DNA of 58,883 nucleotides, taken from contig PBIU01000009.1 in NCBI GenBank assembly GCA_002720535.1, positions 1 to 58,883 of the forward strand. Direction: 5' to 3'. Each line of letters opens with the position of its first letter. Within the stretch, counting starts at the first letter, position 1. Positions 1 to 10,555 of this stretch are shown in pieces. The stretch comes from Candidatus Pelagibacterales bacterium (GTDB taxonomy: Bacteria; Pseudomonadota; Alphaproteobacteria; TMED109). The notes under the pieces were generated by a model, which was not told the DNA's origin, ran no database searches, and worked only from the letters and a program-made list of their open reading frames with translations. The position numbers and the translations under genes were made by a program.

Positions 1-230
1 GTCACTGAACTTATTTTTCCATCATCCCAATATTCTAACCATTTCCCCTCTTTCATCCCTTTAATTATTTTTCCATTTTTCTTGCTTTTAATTTCACCTG
101 TAAATGGAATATTTGTATTTTTTTCATAATATAAATTATTTCTTAATTCTAAGTCATACCAACTAATATTTTTACTCCATGAAATTAATGGAAAAAAACA
201 AATAAATATAAAAATAATGTATTTTATCAT
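1..230 (-). CDS. Exported MORN-variant (YwqK-like) repeat protein, N-terminal part only (gene runs off the window start)
   Basis: Not in the ORF track because it is edge-truncated. Own minus-strand translation from ATG 230-228: MIKYIIFIFICFFPLISWSKNISWYDLELRNNLYYEKNTNIPFTGEIKSKKNGKIIKGMKEGKWLEYWDDGKISS. Signal-like N-terminus followed by G-x-W-x-x-Y/W type repeats. The ATG overlaps the upstream stop (TAATG). Confidence 0.45.
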   Translation of the reverse strand, partial: MIKYIIFIFICFFPLISWSKNISWYDLELRNNLYYEKNTNIPFTGEIKSKKNGKIIKGMKEGKWLEYWDDGKISSV

Positions 231-1069
231 TAAATAGGTTTATCCCCCTTAAATGTTATTCTATGCATTAATCTTCTTTCACCATGATAATCATTAATAG
301 GATTATGCAAAGTACATCTATTATCCCATATTGCAATTGAACCTATCTCCCATTTAAATCTATATCTAAATTCAGGCTTAATTTGATGCTTAAATAAGGC
401 TTTTAAAATAGGAGCACTTTCCTTAATGCTCATTCCAATAAAATTTCTTGTATGTGCGATATTAATATACAAAGATTTCTTTTTGGTTTCAGGATGAATT
501 CTTACTACTGGATGAATAGCTTCTAACTCATCACTTTTAATTTCTGTTGAAGAATGCTTTCTTAAATCAGACCGTGTTTTTGTAGTTTCTTCCTTGCCAG
601 AAATATTAAGAGCCTTTTTATTGTCTAAAAATGCCTTCATTTCATCAGAAAGACTCTCATACGCAATATATTGATTGGAAAACTCTGTATCTCCGCCCAT
701 TTTAGGAACCTCTAAGGCATAAAGCATGGTTCCTTTTGGAGGTTCATTTAAGTATGAAGTATCGCTATGCCAGATTCCTCCAAAGTTATTAACATCAGTT
801 TCTTTTTTTAAAATTGGAGTAATCTCAGGAATATTTTTTAAACCTTTTACAAATGGATATTTAATAGGTTTTCCAATATTTTTTGCAAAAGATAAGTATT
901 CTTTTTCTGTTAAGTTTTGATTCTTAAAAAATATTACTTGGTATTTTAAAAATGCATTATAAATTTCCTGAATGATATCTTTACTTAATTCTTCATTAAG
1001 CTTAACACCCTCAATTATAGCGCCTATTGTATTTGATACTTTTGAAATTTTAATATTATGACTATTCAT
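230..1069 (-). CDS. TauD/TfdA-family Fe(II)/2-oxoglutarate dioxygenase (taurine dioxygenase-like)
   Basis: 279-aa ORF. HxD iron motif in GGIWHSDTSY, then PPKGTMLYALEVP..GGDTEF and a C-terminal WDNRCTLHN...RLMHRIT, all typical of the TauD family. Confidence 0.85.
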   Translation of the reverse strand: MNSHNIKISKVSNTIGAIIEGVKLNEELSKDIIQEIYNAFLKYQVIFFKNQNLTEKEYLSFAKNIGKPIKYPFVKGLKNIPEITPILKKETDVNNFGGIWHSDTSYLNEPPKGTMLYALEVPKMGGDTEFSNQYIAYESLSDEMKAFLDNKKALNISGKEETTKTRSDLRKHSSTEIKSDELEAIHPVVRIHPETKKKSLYINIAHTRNFIGMSIKESAPILKALFKHQIKPEFRYRFKWEIGSIAIWDNRCTLHNPINDYHGERRLMHRITFKGDKPI

Positions 1070-1090
1070 TATTTTATGCTCTATTAGTAT

Positions 1091-1888
1091 TTATACATTA
1101 TCTAATAATATCTCCCCTTGCATATAAGTAATCGCCTCACCTCCCATATTTACTCTATCATTTAAATATGAACAGTATATTACTCCTCCTCTTTTTGATA
1201 ATTGTATCGCGAGCATATCTTTTTTATTTAAACGTTTAGACCAATAAGGAATAAGTGTACAATGTGCTCCACCTGTAACCGGATCTTCTGGTATTCCTAA
1301 TTTAGGACCGAAAAATCGTGATACAAAATCAACATTTTGTCCTGGTGCAGTAACAATTATTCCATTGTAAGATAATTTTTCTAAAGCATTTAGATTTGGC
1401 TCAATCTTAACAATTTCTTCTTCATTATTAAAAACTGCTAATCCATAATTACTATTAAGAAATAAAGTTGGTCTAAAACCAAAAATATCAGATAATTCAT
1501 CCAAATTTTGATCAATAATTTTAGGATCATATGCAGGAAAATTCATAGTTAATTTATTATCTCTTCTAGTTACGTTCAATACATCACCTGATTTAATATT
1601 AAATACTATATTATCAGATTGATAATCCATTTCAGTGTATATAATATGTGCAGTTGCAAGTGTTGCATGCCCACATAAATCGATCTCAACTTTAGGTGTA
1701 AACCACCTAAGAAAAAATTTATCTTTATCTTTTATAAAAAAAGCAGTCTCTGACAAATTATTTTCAAGAGCTATTGATTGCATAACTGCATCAGGCAACC
1801 AATCATCTAAAGGGCATACTGCTGCAGGATTACCAGAAAATAATTTATTAGTAAATGCATCTACTTTATATATTTTTATATTTTTCAT
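1091..1888 (-). CDS. PhzF-family isomerase (phenazine biosynthesis-like protein)
   Basis: 265 aa. VDAFTNKLFSGNPAAV, NLSETAFF, LRWFTPKVEIDLCGHATLA are hallmark PhzF/diaminopimelate-epimerase-fold motifs. Confidence 0.85.
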   Translation of the reverse strand: MKNIKIYKVDAFTNKLFSGNPAAVCPLDDWLPDAVMQSIALENNLSETAFFIKDKDKFFLRWFTPKVEIDLCGHATLATAHIIYTEMDYQSDNIVFNIKSGDVLNVTRRDNKLTMNFPAYDPKIIDQNLDELSDIFGFRPTLFLNSNYGLAVFNNEEEIVKIEPNLNALEKLSYNGIIVTAPGQNVDFVSRFFGPKLGIPEDPVTGGAHCTLIPYWSKRLNKKDMLAIQLSKRGGVIYCSYLNDRVNMGGEAITYMQGEILLDNV

Positions 1889-1969
1889 TATTATATAATA
1901 ATATAAATAATCTAATTTTAGTACTAATTTTTTTATGACTATAAATCTAATTTTTGATATTCTAATAAA

Positions 1970-2803
1970 ATGAAAAATTTATTTATAATAACTTTAGTAA
2001 TGACTGCGTTTGCTGCCAACTCAATAATAACTAGATTAGCATTATCTTCAAATTTAATTGGCCCTTCTAACTTTGCATTATTAAGAGCAGGGTCAGCTGC
2101 ATTAATATTAGTCTTATTAGTTATATTTATTCATAAAAAAATTCCTAAATTTAAAATTAACTCAATTGTTAGTGCATTAGCATTAGTAGGTTATCTAGTA
2201 GGTTTTAGTTTTGCATATTTAACAATTAATACTGGCGTTGGTGCTTTAATATTATTTGGAGGCAGTATGATAGTAATGTTTACTGGAGCGTTATTAATAA
2301 AGGAACATATTTCTATACTCCGTTTTATCGGAGTATTTTTATCTTTGATAGGCCTATATATTCTTACGGATCCACGATTTGGTGACAATAGTTTATTTGG
2401 AATAATTTTGATGTTTTTAGCAGCATTTAGTTGGGGTATTTATTCTATTTTAGGGCACGGACAAAATAACCCATTATCAAATACAGCCATTAATTTTGTC
2501 CTAGCATTATTATTAATAATACCTATTGCTTTATTCATACCTGATCAAACCAATACTAGTCCATATGGCATTCTTTTAGCTATCATCTCAGGTTCTATAA
2601 CTTCAGGACTAGGATACACATTATGGTATTGGATCTTACCTAAAATAAACATTACATCGGCATCTATTGCTCAATTAAGTGTACCATTGATAGCAGCACT
2701 TGGAGGTTATTTATTTATTTCTGAGATATTAAATTGGCAATTTTATATTGCATCTTTTCTTATTTTAGGAGGTATAGGATTACCTTATTTTTTTAAAAAA
2801 TAA
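1970..2803 (+). CDS. EamA/DMT-superfamily permease
   Basis: 277 aa with about 10 hydrophobic helices arranged as two similar halves, which is typical EamA topology. Confidence 0.8.
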   Translation: MKNLFIITLVMTAFAANSIITRLALSSNLIGPSNFALLRAGSAALILVLLVIFIHKKIPKFKINSIVSALALVGYLVGFSFAYLTINTGVGALILFGGSMIVMFTGALLIKEHISILRFIGVFLSLIGLYILTDPRFGDNSLFGIILMFLAAFSWGIYSILGHGQNNPLSNTAINFVLALLLIIPIALFIPDQTNTSPYGILLAIISGSITSGLGYTLWYWILPKINITSASIAQLSVPLIAALGGYLFISEILNWQFYIASFLILGGIGLPYFFKK

Positions 2804-2896
2804 GGTACTTGATAATATAATAATTTTAATAATAAAACTTTCTTTTTTTTTTACTTTTGTTTAGATAAATTTAAATATAATATTGTTTTTTATATA

Positions 2897-3346
2897 ATGA
2901 TAAAAATCTATGTTGATGCTGATGCATGTCCAGTTAAGAACGAAGTAGAGCGAGTTGCAACACGCCACAATCTTGAAACTTATATGGTATGTGACGGAGG
3001 AATACGCCCTTCACTAAATCCACTAATACAACTTGTGGTTGTAAACCAGGGAGCTGACGCAGCCGATGACTGGATTGCAGACAATATTGAAAAATCGGAT
3101 ATTTGCGTAACCAATGATATTCCCCTTGCGGGACGTTGCCTTAAAAAGGGTGCATTCGCCCTCAAACCTAATGGAAAAAGCTTTACCGACGATAATATAG
3201 GTTTAGCACTTGCTACACGAGGAATAATGGAAAAGATACGCGAAAGTGGTGAAATTACTGGTGGTCCTCCACCTTTTAGTAAAGCAGATAGATCCAAATT
3301 CTTAGACCAGATGGAAATGATTGTTATAAAGGCAAAGAAATCTTAG
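2897..3346 (+). CDS. YaiI/YqxD-family protein (UPF0178/DUF188)
   Basis: 149 aa. The N-terminal IYVDADACPVK motif is characteristic of UPF0178. Confidence 0.8.
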   Translation: MIKIYVDADACPVKNEVERVATRHNLETYMVCDGGIRPSLNPLIQLVVVNQGADAADDWIADNIEKSDICVTNDIPLAGRCLKKGAFALKPNGKSFTDDNIGLALATRGIMEKIRESGEITGGPPPFSKADRSKFLDQMEMIVIKAKKS

Positions 3347-3402
3347 TACAAAAAAAACTATTCGTCTGTAATAGAGTAGTTCTAAAGTAATATTAATTTA
3401 TA

Positions 3403-3870
3403 CTAATTTTTTTCTCTATGAATATCATCTATCCAATATTTGTTATTATGCTCATCTGCCTCTGGAATATCTAAATTTACTACTACTGGATCTTGTCCAC
3501 TTCTAAATAATACACATTTAAGTATTTCATTATTAGAAGCATTTATTTCTTGATGCGGAACAAATGGAGGTACAAATATAAAATCACCTTGGTTAGCATA
3601 TTGTTCAAATTCTAATTTTTCCCCCCATCTCATTTTTGCTTTTCCAGATAAAACATATATTACACTTTCTAGTTCTCCATGATGATGCGCGCCTGTTTTG
3701 GCGCTAGGTTCTATGTTGACTGTTCCCGCCCAAATTTTTTCGGCTCCTACATTACTTTTAGCTATAGCAGCAAACCTCTTCATACCTTTAGTTTGGGGTG
3801 TATTATCATCCAAATCATTTTCTGAAACAATTTTAATACCGTTAAACTCCCATTTATTTTTATTATTCAA
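3403..3870 (-). CDS. Cupin-domain protein
   Basis: 155 aa. GAHHHGELESVIYVLSG...GDFIFVPPFVPHQEIN matches the two cupin motifs. Confidence 0.7.
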   Translation of the reverse strand: MNNKNKWEFNGIKIVSENDLDDNTPQTKGMKRFAAIAKSNVGAEKIWAGTVNIEPSAKTGAHHHGELESVIYVLSGKAKMRWGEKLEFEQYANQGDFIFVPPFVPHQEINASNNEILKCVLFRSGQDPVVVNLDIPEADEHNNKYWIDDIHREKN

Positions 3871-3902
3871 TTTATTTCCCCATTTTTAGTCAATTATCAA
3901 TT

Positions 3903-4403
3903 TTAAATTTCTTTTTCTTTTTTAAAATTGTACCTGAAAGTACAACATTTACTTCCACTCATAATAGTCTTCTTTCTATCCAGAGTTGCCTTTGGGTTAA
4001 ATCCCTTAATCAGAGAAGCATCTCGATTACATGAAAGCACAGCACCTAAATCAGAAATTCCAAGTGCAGAATACATCTCAGCATATTTACACCTAGTAAC
4101 ATTAAAACTCAATTTTAAATCTGATTTCTCTAATATATCTATTTCTAATGCGTCATCTTTTGTCCAAAACTTCAACGTATCAAGAAAAGCATCAATATTA
4201 TTTCCATATTCTTTAGACAATTCCTCACCTTGTGTCTTTGCTATCTCCTTAATAGTTTTCTCAAGAATATATAGAATTTTTTCTTTACCAAACTCTTCAT
4301 ACAAAGCTTTTAAAAATGGAATAAGAATGCGCACTTCCGTTTCTCTACGCATTAAAACGCCAATTTTTTTCGTAAGGTCATCTTTTAAATGATTTTTATT
4401 CAT
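3903..4403 (-). CDS. L-2-amino-thiazoline-4-carboxylate hydrolase-like (ATC_hydrolase family) protein
   Basis: 166 aa. RCKYAEMYSALGISDLGAVLSCNRDASLIKGFNP...TIMSGSKCCTFRY resembles the conserved C..D...R..T...G...C.FR pattern of that family, recalled from memory. Confidence 0.5.
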   Translation of the reverse strand: MNKNHLKDDLTKKIGVLMRRETEVRILIPFLKALYEEFGKEKILYILEKTIKEIAKTQGEELSKEYGNNIDAFLDTLKFWTKDDALEIDILEKSDLKLSFNVTRCKYAEMYSALGISDLGAVLSCNRDASLIKGFNPKATLDRKKTIMSGSKCCTFRYNFKKEKEI

Positions 4404-4481
4404 AATATTAACACTAAGATAAATTTAGCAATTTTAGTAGAGATTTTTATATTTTAAGAAATTTCTTAAGGCCAAAGGAAA

Positions 4482-6305
4482 CTATTCCACCGTTACACTT
4501 TTAGCAAGATTGCGAGGTTGATCTACGTCAGTACCTTTAGCAACTGCAGTATGATATGCTAACATTTGTACAGGTATAGAATATAAAATTGGCAAAATAA
4601 ATGTATTACTATTAGGGATCTCCAAAGTTATATGCGCCGTTTTAGAGAGTTTATTAATACCTTCCTTGTCTGAAATTAATATTATCTTTGCTCCTCTAGC
4701 TGAAACTTCTTCTATATTAGAAGCTGTTTTAGAAAATAAATCATCAGAAGGTGCTAAGGCTACTACTGGAACACCTTCATCTACAAGAGCAATAGGACCG
4801 TGTTTTAATTCTCCAGCTGCATAAGCTTCAGCATGAATATAACTAATTTCTTTTAGCTTTAAAGCTCCTTCCAAAGCAATTGGAAATGAGATACCTCTTC
4901 CAACGTATAGGACATCTTTTACATTTTTTAATTGTTGAGCAATTTTATTTAAAGACTTATCTATTGCTAAAACTTCAGCAGTTAAAGCAGGTAACTCTAT
5001 TAAGTCTTCAACCAACTGAATAATAGATTCTTTTGGCATTGTTTTTCTTTCATCAGAAGCAAACAATACTAGGCAAGCTAAAGTTGCTAACTGGGTAGTG
5101 AAAGCCTTAGTGGATGCTACGCCTATTTCTGGTCCAGCTAAAGTCAATACCGAAGCATCGGCAATCCTTGATATTGAACTTTCCATAACATTAATTATTG
5201 CTAGTGTTTTAATATTTCTCTTTTTAGCATTATTTAAAGCAGCCAATGTATCAGCTGTCTCACCTGATTGGGAAATAACTATTACTGCTTCATTGTCTAC
5301 ATGAGCATGGGACCTATATCTATATTCTGATGCTATATCTACTTCAGTAGGTATATTAGCATATTTTTCAAACCAATTTTTAGCAACCATTGCTGCATAA
5401 GATGAAGTTCCGCATGCAATTATAGATAACTTCTGAATTGCTTTAAAATCAAAGTTCATTTCAGGAAAAACTATATTCCTATCATGAGGATCAATGAAGC
5501 TTTTTAAAGTCTCTCCAATAACAGTAGGCTGCTCATGAATTTCTTTAAGCATATAGTGCTTAAATCCTCCCTTTTCTACAGATTTTCCGGACATAAGTGT
5601 CTTAGTTTCTTCTCTTGATATACAATTCATATTTTCATCATAAATTTTTATTTCATCAGAGCGAATTACGGCCATATCTTTATTTTCTAAATATACGATT
5701 CTATCTGTAAGAGGAGCTAAAGCTACAGCATCCGAACCAAGATACATTTCATCCTTTCCATAACCTATCGCTAATGGACTATCTTGTCTTGCGGCTATCA
5801 AGATATCTTCTTTACCTGCTAATAATATTCCTAATGCAAAGGCACCATCTAATCTTTTTATTGACTCTCTAACAGCTGAAATATTATCCATTCCATTTTG
5901 GATATAATTTGAAATTAAATGAACAATTACTTCACTATCAGTCTCTGTATAAAATTTATGCCCTTTTGTAATTAATTCTTCACGTATTTCTATATAATTT
6001 TCTATAATTCCATTATGAACTATTGCAACTTTATCATTTGCATGAGGGTGTGCATTATTTTCATTCGGCGCACCATGCGTAGCCCATCTAGTATGAGCAA
6101 TACCTGTTGAACCAGACAATGGATTCTCTTTTAATAATTTAGTTAAATTAGAAATTTTACCACTAGCTCTTCTTTTATCTATTTTATTATCAACTAAAGT
6201 AGCTATTCCTGCGGAATCATAACCTCTATATTCTAATCTTCTCAGGCCTTCTAATAAAAGACCTTCTGCTTTATTTTTTCCTACTACACCAATAATTCCG
6301 CACAT
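4482..6305 (-). CDS. glmS: Glutamine--fructose-6-phosphate aminotransferase
   Basis: 607 aa. N-terminal MCGI (Cys2 nucleophile), two SIS domains, canonical C-terminus DQPRNLAKSVTVE. Lies directly downstream of glmU. Confidence 0.97.
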   Translation of the reverse strand: MCGIIGVVGKNKAEGLLLEGLRRLEYRGYDSAGIATLVDNKIDKRRASGKISNLTKLLKENPLSGSTGIAHTRWATHGAPNENNAHPHANDKVAIVHNGIIENYIEIREELITKGHKFYTETDSEVIVHLISNYIQNGMDNISAVRESIKRLDGAFALGILLAGKEDILIAARQDSPLAIGYGKDEMYLGSDAVALAPLTDRIVYLENKDMAVIRSDEIKIYDENMNCISREETKTLMSGKSVEKGGFKHYMLKEIHEQPTVIGETLKSFIDPHDRNIVFPEMNFDFKAIQKLSIIACGTSSYAAMVAKNWFEKYANIPTEVDIASEYRYRSHAHVDNEAVIVISQSGETADTLAALNNAKKRNIKTLAIINVMESSISRIADASVLTLAGPEIGVASTKAFTTQLATLACLVLFASDERKTMPKESIIQLVEDLIELPALTAEVLAIDKSLNKIAQQLKNVKDVLYVGRGISFPIALEGALKLKEISYIHAEAYAAGELKHGPIALVDEGVPVVALAPSDDLFSKTASNIEEVSARGAKIILISDKEGINKLSKTAHITLEIPNSNTFILPILYSIPVQMLAYHTAVAKGTDVDQPRNLAKSVTVE

Positions 6306-6332
6306 AAGTAAAAGCTGTCCTTAAATTAATTA

Positions 6333-7661
6333 TTATTTCTTATTTCTTTTTTTTATTGTTACTTGTTTATTTCTTTCAACAGCTAACATATTATTTGGAA
6401 TATCTTTAGTAATTACACTGCCAGCGCCAATCAATGCGTTAGAGCCTACTTTAATAGGAGCTACAAGTGAAACATTTGAACCAATAAATGATTTTTTTCC
6501 TATTGTTGTTTTATTTTTATTAACCCCATCATAATTACAGGTAATTACACCAGCACCAATATTTACTTTCTCTCCAATATCAGAATCACCCACATAGGAT
6601 AAATGATTAACTTTAGCACCTTTATTAATTTTTGATTTTTTAACTTCTACAAAATTGCCTATCTTTGCAGATTCTTCTAAAACTGTTCCTGGTCTTAAAC
6701 GTGCAAATGGACCAATAGTACAATGTTTTTTTACTGTAACCCCTTCTAAATGACAAAAAGCTTCTATCTTTACCCCTTCTCCAATTTTTACTCCTGGTCC
6801 AAAAACTACATTAGGTCCAATTTCAACATCTCTAGCTAATTTTGTATCTTTAGAGAAAAAAACTGTTTCAGGCGCAATTAAAGTAACTCCCTTTTCCATT
6901 GCTTTTTTTCTTAAAATATTTTGCATTTCTTTTTCTGCCATAGCTAACCCTTCTCTATTATTAACTCCAAGGCTATCAATTTCATCGTTATAAGTAATAC
7001 CTATTTCTATATTATCTTTATTAGCAAGATAAATAATATCTGTTAAATACATTTCTCTCTTTTTTGTGTTAAATTTTACTTTTGATAAAAGAGAAAATAA
7101 TAATTTTGACTCAGATACATACATTCCTGAATTGCATAAATCTATTTTCTTTTGCGATGCACTAGCATTTTGTTCTTCTATAATAGAAGAAACTTGTTTA
7201 GAAGAATTTAATACTATTCTTCCATAACCGAAAGGTTTTAAAGATTTAAATCCTGATAAGCCTAGTCTAAAACTAGCACCTAATGTTGTTAAATTTAATA
7301 ATAATTTTGAAGAAATAAGAGGAGTGTCCCCACATAAAATTATTATTTTATTTTTATAATTTCTAAATATTTTTTTTGCTGAAAGAACTGCATCAGCGGT
7401 TCCTGCTTGTTCATGCTGAATAACAATTTTTATACCTTTAAAGATTTCTTCAATAAATGATTTAATATCCTGAGAATCTCTACCTAAGACAACAACAATT
7501 TTATCAATTAATATCTTTTTTTTAATACTAAGTATTTTATTGATTATAAGAGAAATAATTGGTTCACCAGCTACTTTATGAAGAACTTTTGAGTTGCTAC
7601 TCTTCATACGAGTGCCTTTACCTGCGGCTAGTATTATAAATGAAAATGTTTCTTTTTGCAT
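6333..7661 (-). CDS. glmU: Bifunctional UDP-N-acetylglucosamine pyrophosphorylase / GlcN-1-P acetyltransferase
   Basis: 442 aa. LAAGKGTRMKS nucleotidyltransferase motif plus C-terminal hexapeptide (left-handed beta-helix) repeats. Forms a glmU-glmS operon with a 27-bp spacer. Confidence 0.95.
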   Translation of the reverse strand: MQKETFSFIILAAGKGTRMKSSNSKVLHKVAGEPIISLIINKILSIKKKILIDKIVVVLGRDSQDIKSFIEEIFKGIKIVIQHEQAGTADAVLSAKKIFRNYKNKIIILCGDTPLISSKLLLNLTTLGASFRLGLSGFKSLKPFGYGRIVLNSSKQVSSIIEEQNASASQKKIDLCNSGMYVSESKLLFSLLSKVKFNTKKREMYLTDIIYLANKDNIEIGITYNDEIDSLGVNNREGLAMAEKEMQNILRKKAMEKGVTLIAPETVFFSKDTKLARDVEIGPNVVFGPGVKIGEGVKIEAFCHLEGVTVKKHCTIGPFARLRPGTVLEESAKIGNFVEVKKSKINKGAKVNHLSYVGDSDIGEKVNIGAGVITCNYDGVNKNKTTIGKKSFIGSNVSLVAPIKVGSNALIGAGSVITKDIPNNMLAVERNKQVTIKKRNKK

Positions 7662-7730
7662 AAATATTCCACTTAATATAAATAATAATCTAGAAGTTAG
7701 ACCAAATATAATAATTTATAAAGGAAAGTT

Positions 7731-8405
7731 ATGATTTATAAAAAAGAAATAATTGTATTTGATCTAGATGGAACTTTAATAAATAGTGCGCCCGACTTAT
7801 GTTTTGCTCTTAATGAAACTCTAAAAGAAATAAATATTCCAGTAATTACTCTTCAAGAAGTAATGGGTTATTTAGGTGATGGAGCATTGGAACTAATAAA
7901 AAGAGGAATATCTAAATACGAAGATGTAGATAATTATGACCTTGAGGAGTTGAGGTTAAGATTTTTAGAAATTTATGACAGTTGCTTGTTATATGAAACT
8001 GATTTTTATGAAAATGTGTTAGATTCTTTAGAAAAATTAAAACAAATGAATTTTACATTAGCTATTTGTTCCAATAAACCTGAATTATTGACAAAAAGAA
8101 TAATTAAAGGTCTAAATGCTACAGATTATTTTAAGACTATAACAGGTGGAGACACCTTTAATTATAGAAAACCTGATTCAAGACACCTAGAAAAAACCAT
8201 TTTACAATCAGGAAAAAAAATAGAACAAGCTATTATGATAGGTGATAGTGAAAATGATATTCTATGTGCAAATGCACTAAATATGCCAAGCATAGTCGTA
8301 AGTTTTGGTTATAGCAAAATTCCCGTTAAGGATTTAAATGCTACCAAAATAATGAGTAATTACAAAAACTTAATAAATCATATCCAGGAAATAAATAATA
8401 TTTAA
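7731..8405 (+). CDS. gph: HAD-superfamily phosphoglycolate phosphatase-like hydrolase
   Basis: 224 aa. FDLDGTLINSAPDL (motif I), SNKP (motif II), GDSENDILCA (motif IV). Confidence 0.7.
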   Translation: MIYKKEIIVFDLDGTLINSAPDLCFALNETLKEINIPVITLQEVMGYLGDGALELIKRGISKYEDVDNYDLEELRLRFLEIYDSCLLYETDFYENVLDSLEKLKQMNFTLAICSNKPELLTKRIIKGLNATDYFKTITGGDTFNYRKPDSRHLEKTILQSGKKIEQAIMIGDSENDILCANALNMPSIVVSFGYSKIPVKDLNATKIMSNYKNLINHIQEINNI

Positions 8406-8440
8406 AAAAAAACCCAAAGTTAGAAAATCCAACTTTGGGT
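8404..8440 (-). terminator. Intrinsic terminator downstream of htpG
   Basis: 10-bp stem ACCCAAAGTT/AACTTTGGGT (8412-8421 / 8431-8440) with a 9-nt loop. An A9 run on the + strand (8404-8412) gives a U-tract on the minus-strand transcript. Confidence 0.5.
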
Positions 8441-8540
8441 CCGTTGTTCATTTATTATTATTCCTGGGAGGAAACAAAAATTAAACAAACAACTATTCGT
8501 TTTAGTTATAATTTTTAATAATAGCAAGCATAAATTATTG

Positions 8541-10415
8541 TTATAAACCAATTCCTTTTTGAAGTAATGTATTCATTCTTTTTGCAAACTTATTAGGATC
8601 TGAAACTGGCTGACCTTCTATAATTCTAGCTTGATCTAATAATAACCATGAAGCATCGTCAAAAACCTGTTTGTCATTGTCATTATTAACTATTTTTAGT
8701 AAATCTTTAATTAGGGGATGATCTGGATTTACTTCCAAAATCTTTTGACTAGTTGAGTCTATCTGTTGATGCTGTTTAAGAAGCTTTTCTAAATGCATAT
8801 CCATATCTCCCTCTCCAGCTACAAGACATACCGCACTATCAGTTAATCTATCTGAAGTCTTTACCTCCTTTACTTCATCACCTAAAGCAACTTTTATAGA
8901 AGCTATAAGTTTATCTATATTTTTATTATCTTTTTTCTTTTCTTTGCTTTTCTTATCAGATTTAATTTTATCTAGTTCAGCACCACCCTTAGTAATAGAT
9001 TGAAAATCTTTCTCAGAAAACTTTCCTACACTTGGCAACCAAAATTCATCAACAGGATCAGTCATATAGATCACTTCAATTCCTTTTGCTTTAAAACCTT
9101 CTAAATGTGGGCTTTGAGACAACTTATTTTCATCTTCACCTGACACATAATAAATTTTTTCTTGTCCATCTTTCATTCTAGAGACGTAATCATCTAAAGA
9201 AATTAGCTTATCTGATTCAGAAGATTTAAACCTACAAACTTCTAATATCTTATCCCTATTTGTAAAATCTTCATGTATTCCTTCTTTAAGAACTGCTCCA
9301 AATGCATCCCAGAATTTAGCAAACTCTTCAGGCTCTTTATTAGCTTTCTTCTTTAATTCTGATATAACACGTTTGATAATTGCGCTCTTAATTTTTGCAA
9401 CTACAGGATTATTTTGTAACATTTCCCTACTAACATTAAGGTCTATATCATCTGTATCAATAATACCTTTTACAAACCTTAAATACGGAGGAATAAGTCC
9501 TTCACAATCATCAGTTATAAACACTCTTCTTACATATAATTTTAAATTAGCTTTTCTATCGGGATTAAATAGATCATAAGGCCTATTTGAAGGAATAAAT
9601 AATAAATTAATATAACTTATAAGTCCTTCCGCTTTATTATGTAAAGTTAACCATGGGTCATCATAAGCCATACCAACATGATGATAAAATTCTTTATACT
9701 GGTCTGAAGTAATATCCTTCTTATCTCTTGTCCATAAGGCAGACGCATTATTTAAGACTTTATCCTCTTCATCTTTTTTAGATGATTTTAATGATACTGG
9801 TTGTGCAATATGATCAGAATATTTTTTAACTATTGTTTCAATTCTATCTGCATCCAAATACTCTTTATCCTTAGTACTTATGGAGAGAATAACTTTTGTT
9901 CCTACATCATCTTTTTTAATACTATCTATTTCGAAAGAACCTTTACCATCAGAAGTCCAAGACCATGCCTCAGATGATCCCGCTTTTTTACTTTCTACTG
10001 TAATACTATCAGAAACCATAAAAGCAGAATAAAAACCCACACCAAATTGACCAATTAAAGATGATTGAACTTCTTTTTCATCTTTATTTTTAAGAGTTTC
10101 CATGAATGCCTGAGTTCCAGACTTTGCTATTGTTCCTAAAGATTCAATTAATTCTTCTTTAGACATTCCGATACCATTATCTTTTAAAATTAGAATTTTA
10201 TCTTTTTTGTTCGCTTCTATTTCTATTTTAAAATCAGATTTATTATCCATTAGGCTAGAATCAGATATAGCTGCATATCTTAGTTTATCACATGCATCTG
10301 ATGCATTAGAAATTAACTCTCTTAAAAATACTTCCTTTTCGCTGTATAAGGAATGCGCAACAATATCTAATATTTTTCCAACTTCTGCCTGAAAAGTAAA
10401 TGTTTCTTTAGTCAT
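8541..10415 (-). CDS. htpG: Molecular chaperone HtpG (Hsp90)
   Basis: 624 aa. EVFLRELISNASDACDKLRY and GQFGVGFYSAFMV GHKL-ATPase motifs, full Hsp90 length. Confidence 0.97.
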   Translation of the reverse strand: MTKETFTFQAEVGKILDIVAHSLYSEKEVFLRELISNASDACDKLRYAAISDSSLMDNKSDFKIEIEANKKDKILILKDNGIGMSKEELIESLGTIAKSGTQAFMETLKNKDEKEVQSSLIGQFGVGFYSAFMVSDSITVESKKAGSSEAWSWTSDGKGSFEIDSIKKDDVGTKVILSISTKDKEYLDADRIETIVKKYSDHIAQPVSLKSSKKDEEDKVLNNASALWTRDKKDITSDQYKEFYHHVGMAYDDPWLTLHNKAEGLISYINLLFIPSNRPYDLFNPDRKANLKLYVRRVFITDDCEGLIPPYLRFVKGIIDTDDIDLNVSREMLQNNPVVAKIKSAIIKRVISELKKKANKEPEEFAKFWDAFGAVLKEGIHEDFTNRDKILEVCRFKSSESDKLISLDDYVSRMKDGQEKIYYVSGEDENKLSQSPHLEGFKAKGIEVIYMTDPVDEFWLPSVGKFSEKDFQSITKGGAELDKIKSDKKSKEKKKDNKNIDKLIASIKVALGDEVKEVKTSDRLTDSAVCLVAGEGDMDMHLEKLLKQHQQIDSTSQKILEVNPDHPLIKDLLKIVNNDNDKQVFDDASWLLLDQARIIEGQPVSDPNKFAKRMNTLLQKGIGL

Positions 10416-10555
10416 TAAATATTTCCTATAATTAAAATTAAATACAATTGTTATGTGGTGATAGTAAAAAATATTTCAAGTTTATTGACACTTATTATTT
10501 TAATAATCAAATTAAATATGCAAAATTATATAGCTTTATAAATTTAGGGGAAATT

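Noticed and set aside
3928-4392. 154-aa plus-strand ORF from the track.
   Set aside because: It is a mirror-frame shadow of the ATC-hydrolase-like gene on the minus strand. That gene has conserved motifs, and this frame does not.
6306-6332. Checked for a glmS ribozyme or riboswitch upstream of glmS.
   Set aside because: Only 27 nt separate glmU and glmS, leaving no room for the ~170-nt ribozyme. The genes form a simple glmUS operon.
10448-10555. TTG-initiated 36-aa N-terminal extension of the enolase-superfamily ORF.
   Set aside because: The extension (MLCGDSKKYFKFIDTYYFNNQ...) covers the divergent htpG promoter region and has no homology logic. ATG 10556 with an AGGGG SD gives a canonical enolase-superfamily N-terminus.
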